Shown piece by piece: positions 40,159 through 51,251 of a stretch of 64,000 bases of DNA. Source of the DNA: Sulfurimonas sp. (GTDB taxonomy: Bacteria; Campylobacterota; Campylobacteria; Campylobacterales; Sulfurimonadaceae); the NCBI GenBank assembly GCA_027019335.1, contig JALUWV010000025.1:19048-83047 (forward strand). Reading direction: 5' to 3'. The position numbers were made by a program, and so were the translations under genes. The stretch's first letter is position 1; each line of letters opens with the position of its first letter. Under the pieces are notes generated by a model that saw nothing but the letters and a program-made list of their open reading frames with translations, did not search any database and was not told the origin of the DNA.

Positions 40159-41144
40159 GAGCAAAAGATATAACAGCGAGTTTAAGTGCTTTAGTAGAGC
40201 AGAAAGTACCGACTTTTCTTTGGGGTGCGCCAGGGATAGGGAAGTCTTCTCTCGTGAAGCAGATTGCACATGAACGAGAGATAGGGTTTATCGACTTGCG
40301 TTTGGCATTGATGGATCCGACAGATTTGAAGGGTATTCCTTTTTATGATAAAGAGAGTCATACGGCTTTGTGGGCGCCTCCTGCCTTTTTACCCAAAGAA
40401 GGAGAAGGCATTCTCTTTTTAGATGAACTTAATGCTGCACCACCAAGTGTGCAATCTTCTGCATATCAGCTTATCCTCGACCGTAGAATTGGGGAGTATG
40501 TCTTACCTGAGGGGTGGGCGATTGTCGCCGCTGGAAATCGTGATGGAGATAGAGGTGTGACCTATAGAATGCCTGCTCCTTTAGCCAATAGGTTTGTGCA
40601 TTTTGAGATGGAAGTGGATGTGGATGATTGGAGAGAATGGGCATATAAAAGTGGCTTAGATAGTCGCATCATTGCTTATATATCTTATAAAAATGAGCAA
40701 CTTTTTACTTTTGATGCAAAGAGTAATGTGAAAAGTTTTGCAACACCAAGAAGTTGGGAATATGTTAATAATATTTTAAAAAGTTCTTTAGATACAGCAC
40801 TTCTTTTAGATGTTTTAAGTGGTGCTGTGGGGAGTGAAACTGCTGTGAGTTTTGTAAGCTTTATAAAGGTAATGCACAAACTTCCCAGTATAGAAAATAT
40901 TTTGCAAACAGGTGAAGGAGAGCAGAGTGATGAGGTAGATGTACTCTATGCTTTGAGTGCTGGTCTTGTAAGTGCTGTTTTACTGGATGAAAGTTGTTTA
41001 GACAATGTTTTGCACTATTCTTTAGCAATGAAGAGTGAATTTGCAGTGATGATAGTGCAAGATTTACAAAGAAATGGCATGACAATGGAAAACTCAGAAG
41101 TTTTTGAGCAGTGGGTAGAGCAGTTTGCGTATTTGCTGGTATGA
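40155..41144 (+). CDS. MoxR-type AAA+ ATPase
   Basis: GAPGIGKS, DPTDLKGIP, LFLDELN, AAGNR, PLANRF, TPRSWE; GTGA overlap with the upstream gene. Confidence 0.9.
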   Translation: MRAKDITASLSALVEQKVPTFLWGAPGIGKSSLVKQIAHEREIGFIDLRLALMDPTDLKGIPFYDKESHTALWAPPAFLPKEGEGILFLDELNAAPPSVQSSAYQLILDRRIGEYVLPEGWAIVAAGNRDGDRGVTYRMPAPLANRFVHFEMEVDVDDWREWAYKSGLDSRIIAYISYKNEQLFTFDAKSNVKSFATPRSWEYVNNILKSSLDTALLLDVLSGAVGSETAVSFVSFIKVMHKLPSIENILQTGEGEQSDEVDVLYALSAGLVSAVLLDESCLDNVLHYSLAMKSEFAVMIVQDLQRNGMTMENSEVFEQWVEQFAYLLV

Positions 41145-41164
41145 TATTGCATAGAGGAGAAAAA

Positions 41165-43036
41165 ATGCTTACAGATATTAAAGAAATAATGAGACTGATG
41201 CAAGATTCAAATTATTTTGATGCATGGAGTCATGTACTTTTAGGGAGTGACGCAGTTGAGAACTGGCGTTTGTTACTTGAAGATTATGAAAATGATATGG
41301 CATATTTAGCACTTGCTGAACAACTCCATCTACATGATGTTCCTTATGTGATAGTGAGTGAATATATAGATGAATTTTTTCGATACTTTCAGGATGATGG
41401 GCAAAGGCATGCTATTAAAAATAAAATTGCCGAGGCATATTTAAATAAAAAATTGATACATGATAAAAAACTTATCACTATGGAATTGAGTAAAAATTTA
41501 TCTGTTTTGTTGGAATCAAAGCAAGAGTTGATAAATGCACATTTACATTGGATGAAAAAGTTTATCAGCACTGTAACTGGAGTACCAGAATACTTTGAAC
41601 TAGACCCAAGAAAATGCTATGTTGGGAGATGGATACTTGAAGAGGAAACGAATATTCCTCACATTTTAGTAAATCAGCATATCAATCTACACTCTATGGC
41701 ACAGAGTGCATTACGAATGTACCAACAAAAAGATTATGCCTACTTTTTACTTTTATACATGGATATTTTAGCATCGTCTTATCAAATTCGTGATTCCATC
41801 ATGAATATCTACTTCAATCGCCGATTTACTTCGATATTTAAAGACCCTTTGAGTGAGCAATTTAACTACTTTCAACTCAAAAACGATATACAAAGTAGTG
41901 GGAGTGAGTCATCTATTTTACTCTTCAATATCAAAGAGTTTAAAAAAATGAACTTGTTATATGGTCATGATGTTTGTGATAAGATTATCCGTAGTGTTGC
42001 TGATATTGTTAGTGAGATTGAGGGAGTTACGAGTACATATCGTATATATGGGGATGAGTTTGCTATCATATTTCCTACAGAGTATCGAAAGAATGTTTTA
42101 GATGAGTTTAAAGAAAAACTCTATAAGTATCTTTTTGATTTTGGAAAGGAGGAGATGTCTCTCTCTTTTTATGGAAGTGTAGCGACAATTTCAAAACATA
42201 TTTTAGAGTATTGTGAATATGGCCTGATGATTTCTAAACATCAAAATGGTGAAATCATAGATGTTTCTACGGTGGATAAAGATGTATTAAAAAAATATGC
42301 GCGTGAGATTAACTTGTCACAAAAACTCAAACTAGCATTTTTAGACAATAGAATTATATCTTACTATCAGCCCATAGAAAACTTGCACTCGGGTGAAGTA
42401 AGAAAATATGAAGTCTTGATGCGAGTGCAAGATGTAGATAAATCAATTCTCTCTCCGGCAGATTTTTTAAGTGTCTTACAAGATATGTATCTTTATCCTG
42501 AAGTGACAAAACTGATGATAAAAAATAGTTTTGAGTTTTTTCACGATAAAGCAGTTACTTTTTCAATCAATCTTTCTTATCAGGATTTGAATAATGCAGA
42601 TACAAAAGCATTTATTCGAGAAATTATAAAAGAAAACCCTGAGGTGGCATCTCGCTGTATATTTGAATTGCTTGAGTATGATTCTATTAGTAATTTTGAA
42701 GATATGAAACTCTTTTTTGATGACTTGCACTTACAAGGTGTTGGGTTGGCACTGGATGATTTTGGGGTAGGGTACTCAAACTATGAAACGATTTTTCAAT
42801 TTCACATAGATTTTATAAAGATAGATGGTTCTCTTGTTGAATCAATCATAGAGAGTGAAAAATCAAAAGTCTTAGTCGAATCGATTATGACTGTAGCGAA
42901 AAAGATAGGGGCAGAAGTTGTTGTTGAGTATGTGAGTTCAGAGGAGATTTATAAGGTTGTTAAAGCAATGGGCATTGATTATGCCCAAGGGTACTATGTG
43001 GGTAAACCATCTAGTACCTTAGCTTTTGAGAGGTAG
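41165..43036 (+). CDS. c-di-GMP phosphodiesterase: CZB-like + degenerate GGDEF + EAL
   Basis: AHLHW...CYVGRW...HINLH; RIYGDEF; YYQPI, YEVLMR, ALDDFGVGYSN, IKIDG, QGYY. RBS AGGAG before ATG 41165. Confidence 0.88.
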   Translation: MLTDIKEIMRLMQDSNYFDAWSHVLLGSDAVENWRLLLEDYENDMAYLALAEQLHLHDVPYVIVSEYIDEFFRYFQDDGQRHAIKNKIAEAYLNKKLIHDKKLITMELSKNLSVLLESKQELINAHLHWMKKFISTVTGVPEYFELDPRKCYVGRWILEEETNIPHILVNQHINLHSMAQSALRMYQQKDYAYFLLLYMDILASSYQIRDSIMNIYFNRRFTSIFKDPLSEQFNYFQLKNDIQSSGSESSILLFNIKEFKKMNLLYGHDVCDKIIRSVADIVSEIEGVTSTYRIYGDEFAIIFPTEYRKNVLDEFKEKLYKYLFDFGKEEMSLSFYGSVATISKHILEYCEYGLMISKHQNGEIIDVSTVDKDVLKKYAREINLSQKLKLAFLDNRIISYYQPIENLHSGEVRKYEVLMRVQDVDKSILSPADFLSVLQDMYLYPEVTKLMIKNSFEFFHDKAVTFSINLSYQDLNNADTKAFIREIIKENPEVASRCIFELLEYDSISNFEDMKLFFDDLHLQGVGLALDDFGVGYSNYETIFQFHIDFIKIDGSLVESIIESEKSKVLVESIMTVAKKIGAEVVVEYVSSEEIYKVVKAMGIDYAQGYYVGKPSSTLAFER

Positions 43037-43044
43037 AGTAAAAC

Positions 43045-44931
43045 TTACTCTATCTCTGCATCGATAACATCTTCGTCATCTTTCTTTTTCTTCGCATCAG
43101 CTTCTGCTTTTGCTGGGTCTTGCTCTTTTTTATACATTTCTTCCGCCATTTTATGTGCAGCTTCTGTTAATGTTTTGATTTTCTCTTCGATTTGCTCTTT
43201 TGTCGCAGCTTCATCTTTGAGTGTTTCTTTTAAGTCTGCTACCGCAGCTTCGATTTTTGCTTTTTCCTCAGCATCAAGTTTTTCACCCATTTCTTCTACT
43301 GATTTTTCAGTTTGAACAATAAGTGCATCTGCTTGATTTTTTAAATCAACTAAGGCTTTTCTTGATTCATCAGCAGCTTTATTTTCTTCTGCATCTTGAA
43401 CCATTTTATTAATCTCTTCTTCACTTAGTCCTGAAGACCCAGAGATTGTGATTGACTGAGATTTACCAGTACCTTTATCCGTTGAACTAACAGTTAAGAT
43501 ACCATTCGCATCGATGTCAAAAGTTACTTCGATTTGTGGAACACCACGTGGTGCTGCTGGAATATCACCGAGTTCAAAAAGACCTAAAGATTTGTTATCT
43601 TTTGCAAACTCACGTTCCCCTTGAACAACTGAGATACTTACCGCTGGTTGGTTGTCTTCTGCAGTTGAGAATACTTGAGATTTTTTGACAGGAATTGTTG
43701 TTCCTTTCTCAATGATTTTCGTTGCAACACCACCTAAAGTTTCGATACCAAGGCTTAATGGAGTAACATCAAGTAAAAGAACATCTTTTACATCTCCTCT
43801 TAAAACACCACCTTGGATAGCAGCACCCGCGGCTACAACTTCATCAGGGTTTACACCTTTGTTAAGGTCTTTTCCACCGAAGTATTTAGAAACTGCTTCT
43901 TGTGCTGCTGGAACACGAGTAGAACCACCAACCATGATAATCTCTTTGATTTCACCATTGTCTAAATCTGCTTCACTCATTGCAGTTTTGATATGGTTGA
44001 TTGTTTCATCAATAAGACTTGAAATCATTCCTTCAAATTTTGCACGAGTCAATTTTACTACTAAGTGTTGTGGTCCAGCTTCTGTCATAGTGATAAATGG
44101 TAAGTTGATTTCTGTTTCAGTTGCAGAACTTAACTCTTTTTTCGCATTTTCAGCAGAATCTTTTAAACGTTGTAGTGCCATTTTGTCATTTTTAAGTTCA
44201 ATTCCATGAGAGTTTTTGAACTCATCATTTAAGAAATCAACGATTTTGTTATCGAAGTCATCACCACCGAGGAATGCATTCCCATCAGTTGAAAGTACTT
44301 CAAAAGTACCATCAGAAATCTCAAGAGTAGTAACATCAAAAGTACCACCACCAAGGTCATAAACAAGTACATTTTCTTCAGATTTAGACTCTAAACCATA
44401 AGCAAGTGCAGAAGCAGTTGGCTCATTTATAATACGAAGAACATTAAGTCCTGCGATTGTACCAGCATCTTTTGTCGCTTTACGTTGTGCATCATTAAAG
44501 TAAGCAGGTACTGTAATAACAGCATCAGTAATGCTTCCACCAACATACGCTTCAGCATCTTCTTTCAATTTTGAAAGGATTTTTGCAGAAATCTCTTGTG
44601 GAGTGTATACTTTACCAGCAACATCAACACAAGCAGCACCATCTTTATCTACAATATTGTAAGTTACTTTATCGTGTGCAGCTTTTGCATTTTCTTCATT
44701 CATCATAAGACCCATAATTCTTTTGATAGAAGAGATTGTTTTCTCAGGGTTTGTAATCGCTTGACGTTTTGCAGGGTCTCCTACTAAAACATCACCTTTA
44801 TCTGTAAATGCTACAACTGAAGGAGTTGTGTTTTTACCCTCTGCATTTGGGATGATTTTCGCTTCACCACCTTCATATACTGCAACACAGCTATTTGTTG
44901 TTCCTAAATCTATTCCTATTACTTTGCTCAT
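43045..44931 (-). CDS. dnaK: Chaperone DnaK
   Basis: [32 protein letters not shown]. Confidence 0.99.
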   Translation of the reverse strand: MSKVIGIDLGTTNSCVAVYEGGEAKIIPNAEGKNTTPSVVAFTDKGDVLVGDPAKRQAITNPEKTISSIKRIMGLMMNEENAKAAHDKVTYNIVDKDGAACVDVAGKVYTPQEISAKILSKLKEDAEAYVGGSITDAVITVPAYFNDAQRKATKDAGTIAGLNVLRIINEPTASALAYGLESKSEENVLVYDLGGGTFDVTTLEISDGTFEVLSTDGNAFLGGDDFDNKIVDFLNDEFKNSHGIELKNDKMALQRLKDSAENAKKELSSATETEINLPFITMTEAGPQHLVVKLTRAKFEGMISSLIDETINHIKTAMSEADLDNGEIKEIIMVGGSTRVPAAQEAVSKYFGGKDLNKGVNPDEVVAAGAAIQGGVLRGDVKDVLLLDVTPLSLGIETLGGVATKIIEKGTTIPVKKSQVFSTAEDNQPAVSISVVQGEREFAKDNKSLGLFELGDIPAAPRGVPQIEVTFDIDANGILTVSSTDKGTGKSQSITISGSSGLSEEEINKMVQDAEENKAADESRKALVDLKNQADALIVQTEKSVEEMGEKLDAEEKAKIEAAVADLKETLKDEAATKEQIEEKIKTLTEAAHKMAEEMYKKEQDPAKAEADAKKKKDDEDVIDAEIE

Positions 44932-45036
44932 TATTCTTTCCTTAATTTTATTTTTGATGTTTCTTTTATTTTAAAACAGTCGAAGTATAGACTCTTTTAA
45001 AAATAAGTTTTGCTACCTAAGTAGCATTACACGAAA

Positions 45037-45600
45037 TTAATTCGCTACTATTACCATCGCTTCACGGAGTGGACGGTTTTTGTACTTGTAACCTGTTTGA
45101 AAAGTTTGCACAATCTGACCACTTTCAACATCTTCATTATCAACAGCTTGCACAGCATTATGGATGTTGGGATCAAATGGTTCATCATGTGCTACCATTG
45201 TTACACCATGCTTATCAAGTTGAGTCAAGAACTGTTTATGTGTAAGTTCGATTCCCTCTTTGAGTTTGTCAAAAAGTTCTGCTTTGTCAGCTTCGGCATT
45301 TGCTGATTTCATTGCGCCATCAAGTGCATCTAAAACAGGAATCATATCTTTAGCAAATTTTTCATTTGCATATTCAACTGCTGTGTATTTCTCACGTTCA
45401 AGTCTTTTTTTGATATTATCAAAATCAGCATGAACACGAGCATACTTATCTTTTAATGCAGCCATCTCAGCTTGTAAAAGATCAAATTCATTTTCAACTG
45501 CTTCAGCTTCTGCCTCTGCTTCATCTGCTACGACTTCTTCATTTTGTACTATTGCTTCCTCTTTTGGAAGTGTTTCATCATTTATTGCTTCTTTAGACAT
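45037..45600 (-). CDS. grpE: Nucleotide exchange factor GrpE
   Basis: ADFDNIKKR, FDPNIHNAV, GYKYKNRPLREAMV. Likely start MSKEA at 45600. Confidence 0.96.
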   Translation of the reverse strand: MSKEAINDETLPKEEAIVQNEEVVADEAEAEAEAVENEFDLLQAEMAALKDKYARVHADFDNIKKRLEREKYTAVEYANEKFAKDMIPVLDALDGAMKSANAEADKAELFDKLKEGIELTHKQFLTQLDKHGVTMVAHDEPFDPNIHNAVQAVDNEDVESGQIVQTFQTGYKYKNRPLREAMVIVAN

Positions 45601-45636
45601 AGTGGTTAAATGACTCCTTTTTGAAAAGATAACCGT

Positions 45637-45715
45637 ATTATACATATTGAGTGTAAACATGTCAAGTAAAACTTTAGTAAAATTAATTAATAAAGTTGAG
45701 TCAAATAGTATCAAG
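45637..45715 (-). promoter_or_regulatory. grpE-dnaK sigma70 promoter with two HAIR-like (HspR) inverted repeats
   Basis: Minus-strand TTGACA (45665-45660), 17 bp, TATAAT (45642-45637). ATTGAGT-N7-TGTCAAG (45646-45666) and GTTGAGT-N7-TATCAAG (45695-45715) resemble the HAIR consensus CTTGAGT-N7-ACTCAAG. Confidence 0.8.
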
Positions 45716-45792
45716 TATTAAATATATGATATTTTGTTTATATAAAGAGAAAATTTGAGTATAATATTATACTTACTTTAATGGAGTCTCTT

Positions 45793-47790
45793 ATGAAAAT
45801 AGTATCGTGGATTATCGGTGTTTTAGCAACTGTTTTACTTCTTATATATGTGATGGCATTTACATCTTTTGGAAATGCTCTCCTCAAACCAACTATAGAA
45901 TCTCAGATTCAAGCAGCAACGAAATTAGATTCAAAACTGAAAACTTTTTCTTTAGGTATGAGTCATTTTGACATACTTTTAGAATTAAATCCTCACAATA
46001 CTATTGCCCTTAAAGGAGATTACTCATTTTTTGCACAATCTTTTAGTGTTGATTATGCAGTGAAACTTGAAGAACTGAGAACACTCAAAGCACTTACTCA
46101 AACGCAACTCCAAAGTGCATTCCATACGGATGGGAAAGTTATAGGGGATTTGGCATTTTTAAAAATAGATGGGAAAAGTGATGTTGCCAAGAGTGCTACT
46201 TCGTACCATGTAGAACTTACAGACCTAAATCCTACCTCTATAATAGCAAAAATAGAGAGTGCAAATTTAGAAGCACTCCTCTTTATGCTCAATCAAAAAG
46301 CATATGCAAGTGCAGATATTAATCTTGATGTTAATTTTAAAAATATTAACCCACATAAACTTGATGGAGATATAAAATTTGCAACACTTCATGGAAAATT
46401 GAGTCCAAGTGTACTGAAAAAAGATTTTAACATTACGATTCCAAAAACGGCATTCACTATGAATTTGGATGCACAACTCCAAGGAGATGATGTAGATTAC
46501 AGTTATATCTTTCGCTCAAATCTTGCAAAAATTACTTCTGCTGGAAAAGTGACTCCCGAACCACTTCACCTTGACCTTAAATATGCACTCAATGTGAAAG
46601 AGCTAGCACTCTTAAAACCTATCAGTGGTGCTGATGTTCGCGGTCCTTTAAAACTTCATGGAAAAGTGCAAGGAAGTAAAGCAAAAATGCAAGTGAGTGG
46701 GCAGAGTGATATAGCTGCTTCTACTACAACTTTTTTAGCAAACCTTAAAAACTTTGCTCCAGTGAGTGTAGAGGCGAAAGTGAGACATCTCAAACTACAA
46801 AAAGTCCTTTACATGGTAAAACAACCACACTTCGCAGATGGACTTTTTGATTTAGATGTACATATCGCTAATGCAGATGTAAAAAATTTGGCAGGTGTGA
46901 TTACTTCGAGGATAAGTAAAGGGGTTGTGGACAACCGTTATATGACAAAAGCATATAAGTTTAAATCTATGATGCCGTACACTCATTTTAGTGCAAAAAC
47001 ATACACGAAGTTAGATAAAAACCTTGTAGATACACAGTTGAGTTTTAGTTCAAATCTTGCAAAACTTAATGTAAAAAGTGCAAAGTTTACAATTAATGAT
47101 GGCTCATTAGTGAGTGATTATAGGGTAAAAGTTACTGACTTGAACAAACTCTTTTTTGCAACAGAGAGACATCTTAAAGGTGGCATAGTTGCCACTGGTA
47201 GTGTGAAAAAAGCTAAAGATTTAGATTTTACAATGCACTCAAATGTGGCAGGAGGTGCTTTAGATGCCAAACTACATAATGATGACTTTCATGCTACTTT
47301 AGCTTCTTTAAACACCTTGAAAATCTTAGATATGCTTATTTATCCAAAAATCTTTGATGCTTCGATTGATGGTGTTTTGGATTATAATCTTGTAAAACAG
47401 AGTGGGGTTTTTGATGGAAAATTAAGTCAAGGATTTTTTACAAGAAATCAAGTACTTGACCTCACAAAACAGTATGCACGAATCGATTTATATAAACAAA
47501 AATTTAAAGGGGATGTGAGTGCGAAGATACAAAAAGAGCATATTTTAGCTTCGTTAGATTTAAGGTCAAACACATCTTCTATCATCACGAAAAATACTAA
47601 ACTTAACTCAAAAACGCAACAAATAGACTCTAAAATTGCGATTACTGCCAATGGTAATCCTATAAATGTTGGATTAAAAGGCAAAGTGTCTCATCCAAAA
47701 GTTTCGATTGATGCAAACAAACTTATCAAAAAAGAGGCAATAAAAGCCGTCTCAAAACAGCTAGGAAAACTTTTCAATAAACTGTTTTAA
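45793..47790 (+). CDS. Membrane-anchored beta-rich periplasmic repeat protein, AsmA-like
   Basis: Single N-terminal TM, alternating beta pattern, three internal repeats, C-terminal GLKGKVSHPKVSID plus amphipathic helix. Confidence 0.65.
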   Translation: MKIVSWIIGVLATVLLLIYVMAFTSFGNALLKPTIESQIQAATKLDSKLKTFSLGMSHFDILLELNPHNTIALKGDYSFFAQSFSVDYAVKLEELRTLKALTQTQLQSAFHTDGKVIGDLAFLKIDGKSDVAKSATSYHVELTDLNPTSIIAKIESANLEALLFMLNQKAYASADINLDVNFKNINPHKLDGDIKFATLHGKLSPSVLKKDFNITIPKTAFTMNLDAQLQGDDVDYSYIFRSNLAKITSAGKVTPEPLHLDLKYALNVKELALLKPISGADVRGPLKLHGKVQGSKAKMQVSGQSDIAASTTTFLANLKNFAPVSVEAKVRHLKLQKVLYMVKQPHFADGLFDLDVHIANADVKNLAGVITSRISKGVVDNRYMTKAYKFKSMMPYTHFSAKTYTKLDKNLVDTQLSFSSNLAKLNVKSAKFTINDGSLVSDYRVKVTDLNKLFFATERHLKGGIVATGSVKKAKDLDFTMHSNVAGGALDAKLHNDDFHATLASLNTLKILDMLIYPKIFDASIDGVLDYNLVKQSGVFDGKLSQGFFTRNQVLDLTKQYARIDLYKQKFKGDVSAKIQKEHILASLDLRSNTSSIITKNTKLNSKTQQIDSKIAITANGNPINVGLKGKVSHPKVSIDANKLIKKEAIKAVSKQLGKLFNKLF

Positions 47791-48362
47791 CGCTGACTCA
47801 CATCTGCTAATGTCAAACAAAAAAGAACTTCTTTCTTTTGTTTGATGAGTAGATTGCTTGCTTCTAAGAGGGTAGTTCCTGTTGTCACAATGTCATCTAC
47901 TAAAATGATATGTTTTTCTTTCACTTCTTTTATCTTAAAGTCTCTTGAATTTTTTAAACGAAATGCTTTACTCTTTCCGGAGTAGGAGAGTTGGTTTTTC
48001 GCTCGGATTTTGTTGTAGAGTGGCTTGATATGTGAGGAATTGAGTTCTTTGTTTAAAAGGGCTGTATGAGAATATCCACTGTCTATGGTGTCATCAATGG
48101 CAAGTGAGGCAGATTGGAAATCGGGTGAAAATTCTTGTGCAAATTTCTTGAAACTGTTTTTTGCCAAAAGTGTATAGATGTAAAAGCCTAAGTCGGTGTG
48201 TTTTGTAAAGAGTAAATCTTTTATCTCTTGGTATTTGTAAAAAGAGAGAACCTCTATGCCATTGCTGAGTGTTCGTTTATAAAGAGAGGGCTTGAGGAAT
48301 GTTTTTTGGCAACTTGTGCAAATATGTACGAGCGAATACTCACTACAGAGTAAACACTTCAT
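47787..48362 (-). CDS. ComF-family phosphoribosyltransferase-like protein
   Basis: CLLC...ICTSC zinc ribbon; ILVDDIVTTGTT. Confidence 0.88.
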   Translation of the reverse strand: MKCLLCSEYSLVHICTSCQKTFLKPSLYKRTLSNGIEVLSFYKYQEIKDLLFTKHTDLGFYIYTLLAKNSFKKFAQEFSPDFQSASLAIDDTIDSGYSHTALLNKELNSSHIKPLYNKIRAKNQLSYSGKSKAFRLKNSRDFKIKEVKEKHIILVDDIVTTGTTLLEASNLLIKQKKEVLFCLTLADVSQR

Positions 48363-48370
48363 ACAAAATT

Positions 48371-50161
48371 TTAATCCATCTTTAGCACAGACATAAAAGC
48401 TTCTTGAGGAAGTTGTACTTTTCCTATAGATTTCATACGTTTTTTCCCAGCTTTTTGTTTTTCTAGGAGCTTGCGTTTACGGGTAATGTCTCCACCATAA
48501 CATTTGGCTGTTACATTTTTACCCGTTGATTTTACAGTTTCACGAGCGATGATTTGCGCACCGAGTGAAGCTTGTACCGCTACTTCAAAAAGCTGACGAG
48601 GGATAAGCTCTTTCATATTTTTAACAAGTACCCGACCACGAGGGAGTGCTTGATTGCGAGGGACGACAATGCTGAGTGCATCCACAGCTTCACCTGCTAC
48701 TTTAATGTCAAGTTTGACAAGATCACCCACTTTAAATTCTATAGGCTCATAATCAAATGACGCATATCCTTTAGAAATAGACTTTAACGTATCATAAAAA
48801 TCCATAACGATTTCATTCATCGGGATTTCATACTCAAGCATCACTCGCTCTTCGTTGAGATATGTCATCTTTGTTTGTGTACCGCGTTTACCTATAAGCA
48901 GTGTGATGATGTTTCCGAGGTACTCTGCTGGTGTAATGACAGTCGCACGGACATATGGCTCTTCGATTCTATCGATAAAGTTTACTTGTGGGAGTTCAGA
49001 GGGATTATGCACAACTTGTTCCTCTCCATTTGTAAGGTAAACCTTATAGATTACAGAAGGAGCAGAGGCGATAAGGTCAAGATTGAACTCGCGTTCGAGT
49101 CGCTCTTTGATAACCTCCATGTGGAGCATTCCTAAAAATCCTACACGAAAACCAAATCCTAAGGCGACAGATGTCTCAGGTTCGTATGAAAGGGAACTAT
49201 CGTTGAGTTTGAGTTTATCTAAGGCATCACGTAAATCTTCAAACTTGTCTGTGTCGATAGGGTAAATTCCTGCAAATACAAAAGGTTTTGCTGGTTCATA
49301 ATCGCCTACTGGTTCAAGGGTGGGGTTTTTAGCATCGGTAATGGTATCACCAACACTCACAACACTCACTTCCTTTAAGCCAAGGACAACAATCCCGATT
49401 TCACCTGATTTTATAGCTGTTGTTTTAATCTTTTTCATAGGGTGCGGATACATCAAATCAAGTACTTGATGCTCTTCACCACTACTCATAAGCTTGATGT
49501 TTTGTCCTTTTTTAATGCTTCCATCAAACACACGTACAAGTGCTAAAGCACCGAGATAGGCATCAAACCATGAGTCATAAATGATGGCTTTTGTCGTTTT
49601 TTCAGGGTCGCCAACAGGGGCAGGTACTCGTTCAACGATAGCATCAATGAGTTCGCGAATCCCAATGCCACTTTTGGCACTTACTAAACAAGCATCCGTT
49701 GCATCAATCCCAATAGCCTCTTCAATCTCTTCGGCGACTTTATCAGGATCAGCAGCAGGTAAATCAATCTTGTTGATGACAGGAATGAGTTCAAGGTCAT
49801 TGTCTAATGCTAAGTAAACATTGGCGATGGTCTGTGCTTCCACACCTTGTGCTGCATCGACGATGAGCAATGCCCCATCAGAAGAGGCAAGTGATTTACT
49901 TACTTCATAAGAAAAATCAACATGACCCGGAGTGTCGATGAGGTTGAGGATATAATGCTCCCCATCTTTGACATAATCAAGACGCACAGATTGTGCTTTG
50001 ATGGTAATGCCACGCTCTTGTTCAATGTCCATAGTGTCCATCATTTGTGTAGACATTTCACGTTCTGTTACTGAACCACACTCTTGAATGATACGGTCAG
50101 CAAGTGTGGATTTTCCATGGTCAATATGCGCAATAATCGAGAAATTTCTAATGTTTTTCAA
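48371..50161 (-). CDS. lepA: Translation elongation factor 4
   Basis: [41 protein letters not shown]; TTG start. Confidence 0.99.
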   Translation of the reverse strand: MKNIRNFSIIAHIDHGKSTLADRIIQECGSVTEREMSTQMMDTMDIEQERGITIKAQSVRLDYVKDGEHYILNLIDTPGHVDFSYEVSKSLASSDGALLIVDAAQGVEAQTIANVYLALDNDLELIPVINKIDLPAADPDKVAEEIEEAIGIDATDACLVSAKSGIGIRELIDAIVERVPAPVGDPEKTTKAIIYDSWFDAYLGALALVRVFDGSIKKGQNIKLMSSGEEHQVLDLMYPHPMKKIKTTAIKSGEIGIVVLGLKEVSVVSVGDTITDAKNPTLEPVGDYEPAKPFVFAGIYPIDTDKFEDLRDALDKLKLNDSSLSYEPETSVALGFGFRVGFLGMLHMEVIKERLEREFNLDLIASAPSVIYKVYLTNGEEQVVHNPSELPQVNFIDRIEEPYVRATVITPAEYLGNIITLLIGKRGTQTKMTYLNEERVMLEYEIPMNEIVMDFYDTLKSISKGYASFDYEPIEFKVGDLVKLDIKVAGEAVDALSIVVPRNQALPRGRVLVKNMKELIPRQLFEVAVQASLGAQIIARETVKSTGKNVTAKCYGGDITRKRKLLEKQKAGKKRMKSIGKVQLPQEAFMSVLKMD

Positions 50162-50170
50162 TGAGTGACC

Positions 50171-51097
50171 CTATACAAAAAGTGAATTAACACTCTCATT
50201 ATGATAGACACGACGAATCACTTCTGCAAAAAGAGGAGCGACTGTTAAGACTTTGATTTTATTATGTTCTTTTGTTTTGAGTGTATTCGTGATGATAAGT
50301 TCATCGAGTTCACCATGGTCAAGATTTTGGTAGGCTTTTCCACTTAATACACCATGTGTCGCACAAGCCATAACAGAAGTTGCCCCTTTGTTCTTGAGTG
50401 CGGTAGCAGCTTTCACCATAGTTCCTGCAGTATCAACCATGTCATCAATCATAATCACATCATAACCTTCTACATCGCCAATGATACCCATGACTTCTGA
50501 TTCATTTGCTTTTTCACGGCGTTTATCAACGATAACCATCTCTAAGCCCATACGTTTTGCAAAGTAACGCGCCCGTGCAACACCACCGATATCTGGACTT
50601 GCGATGATAGGGTTCTTGAGATTTTTACTTTTTATGTAATGCTCAAAAGTGATAGAACCATAGAGATTATCTACAGGAATATCAAAAAATCCTTGAATCT
50701 GACCTGCATGCAAATCGATAGTAACCACTCTGTCAATCCCCGCTGTTTCATAAAGATTGGCTACGAGTTTTGCAGTAATTGGCACACGAGGAGCGGCTTT
50801 ACGGTCTTGTCTTGCATAACCATAGTAAGGCACAACAGCGGTAATACTATCTGCAGAACTACGTTTAAGGGCATCTGTCATAATGAGCAGTTCCATAAGA
50901 TTGTCATTTGATGGTGCGCCTGTACTCTGTACGATAAACACATCACGACCACGAACTGATTCAGCAATTTGTACTGAAATCTCACCATCACTAAACTTTT
51001 TAATATCCGCTTTTGCCAAAGGCACATCTAAAACTTGACAAATCTCTTGAGCAAACGCAACACTTGCACTTCCGGCAAAAATCTTATAACCACGCAT
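50171..51097 (-). CDS. prs: Ribose-phosphate pyrophosphokinase
   Basis: FSDGE, PYYGYARQDRK, DLHAGQIQGFF, IDDMVDTAGT. Confidence 0.98.
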   Translation of the reverse strand: MRGYKIFAGSASVAFAQEICQVLDVPLAKADIKKFSDGEISVQIAESVRGRDVFIVQSTGAPSNDNLMELLIMTDALKRSSADSITAVVPYYGYARQDRKAAPRVPITAKLVANLYETAGIDRVVTIDLHAGQIQGFFDIPVDNLYGSITFEHYIKSKNLKNPIIASPDIGGVARARYFAKRMGLEMVIVDKRREKANESEVMGIIGDVEGYDVIMIDDMVDTAGTMVKAATALKNKGATSVMACATHGVLSGKAYQNLDHGELDELIITNTLKTKEHNKIKVLTVAPLFAEVIRRVYHNESVNSLFV

Positions 51098-51187
51098 GGG
51101 TATTCCTTATAGACAAATTAATATTGTGATTATACATAAAATGTTCTGAGTGTAGGGTAAAATAGTAAAATATACTATTTATTATTG

Positions 51188-51200
51188 GATAAATATTATC
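51188..51200 (+). promoter_or_regulatory. Fur/PerR-box-like palindrome upstream of rubrerythrin
   Basis: GATAAATATTATC differs by one base from GATAAT-N-ATTATC and lies upstream of TATAAT at 51219. Confidence 0.5.
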
Positions 51201-51251
51201 GTTTAAGCTTTGGAGTTGTATAATACGGCATATCAAAAAAAGGAAGATGTG

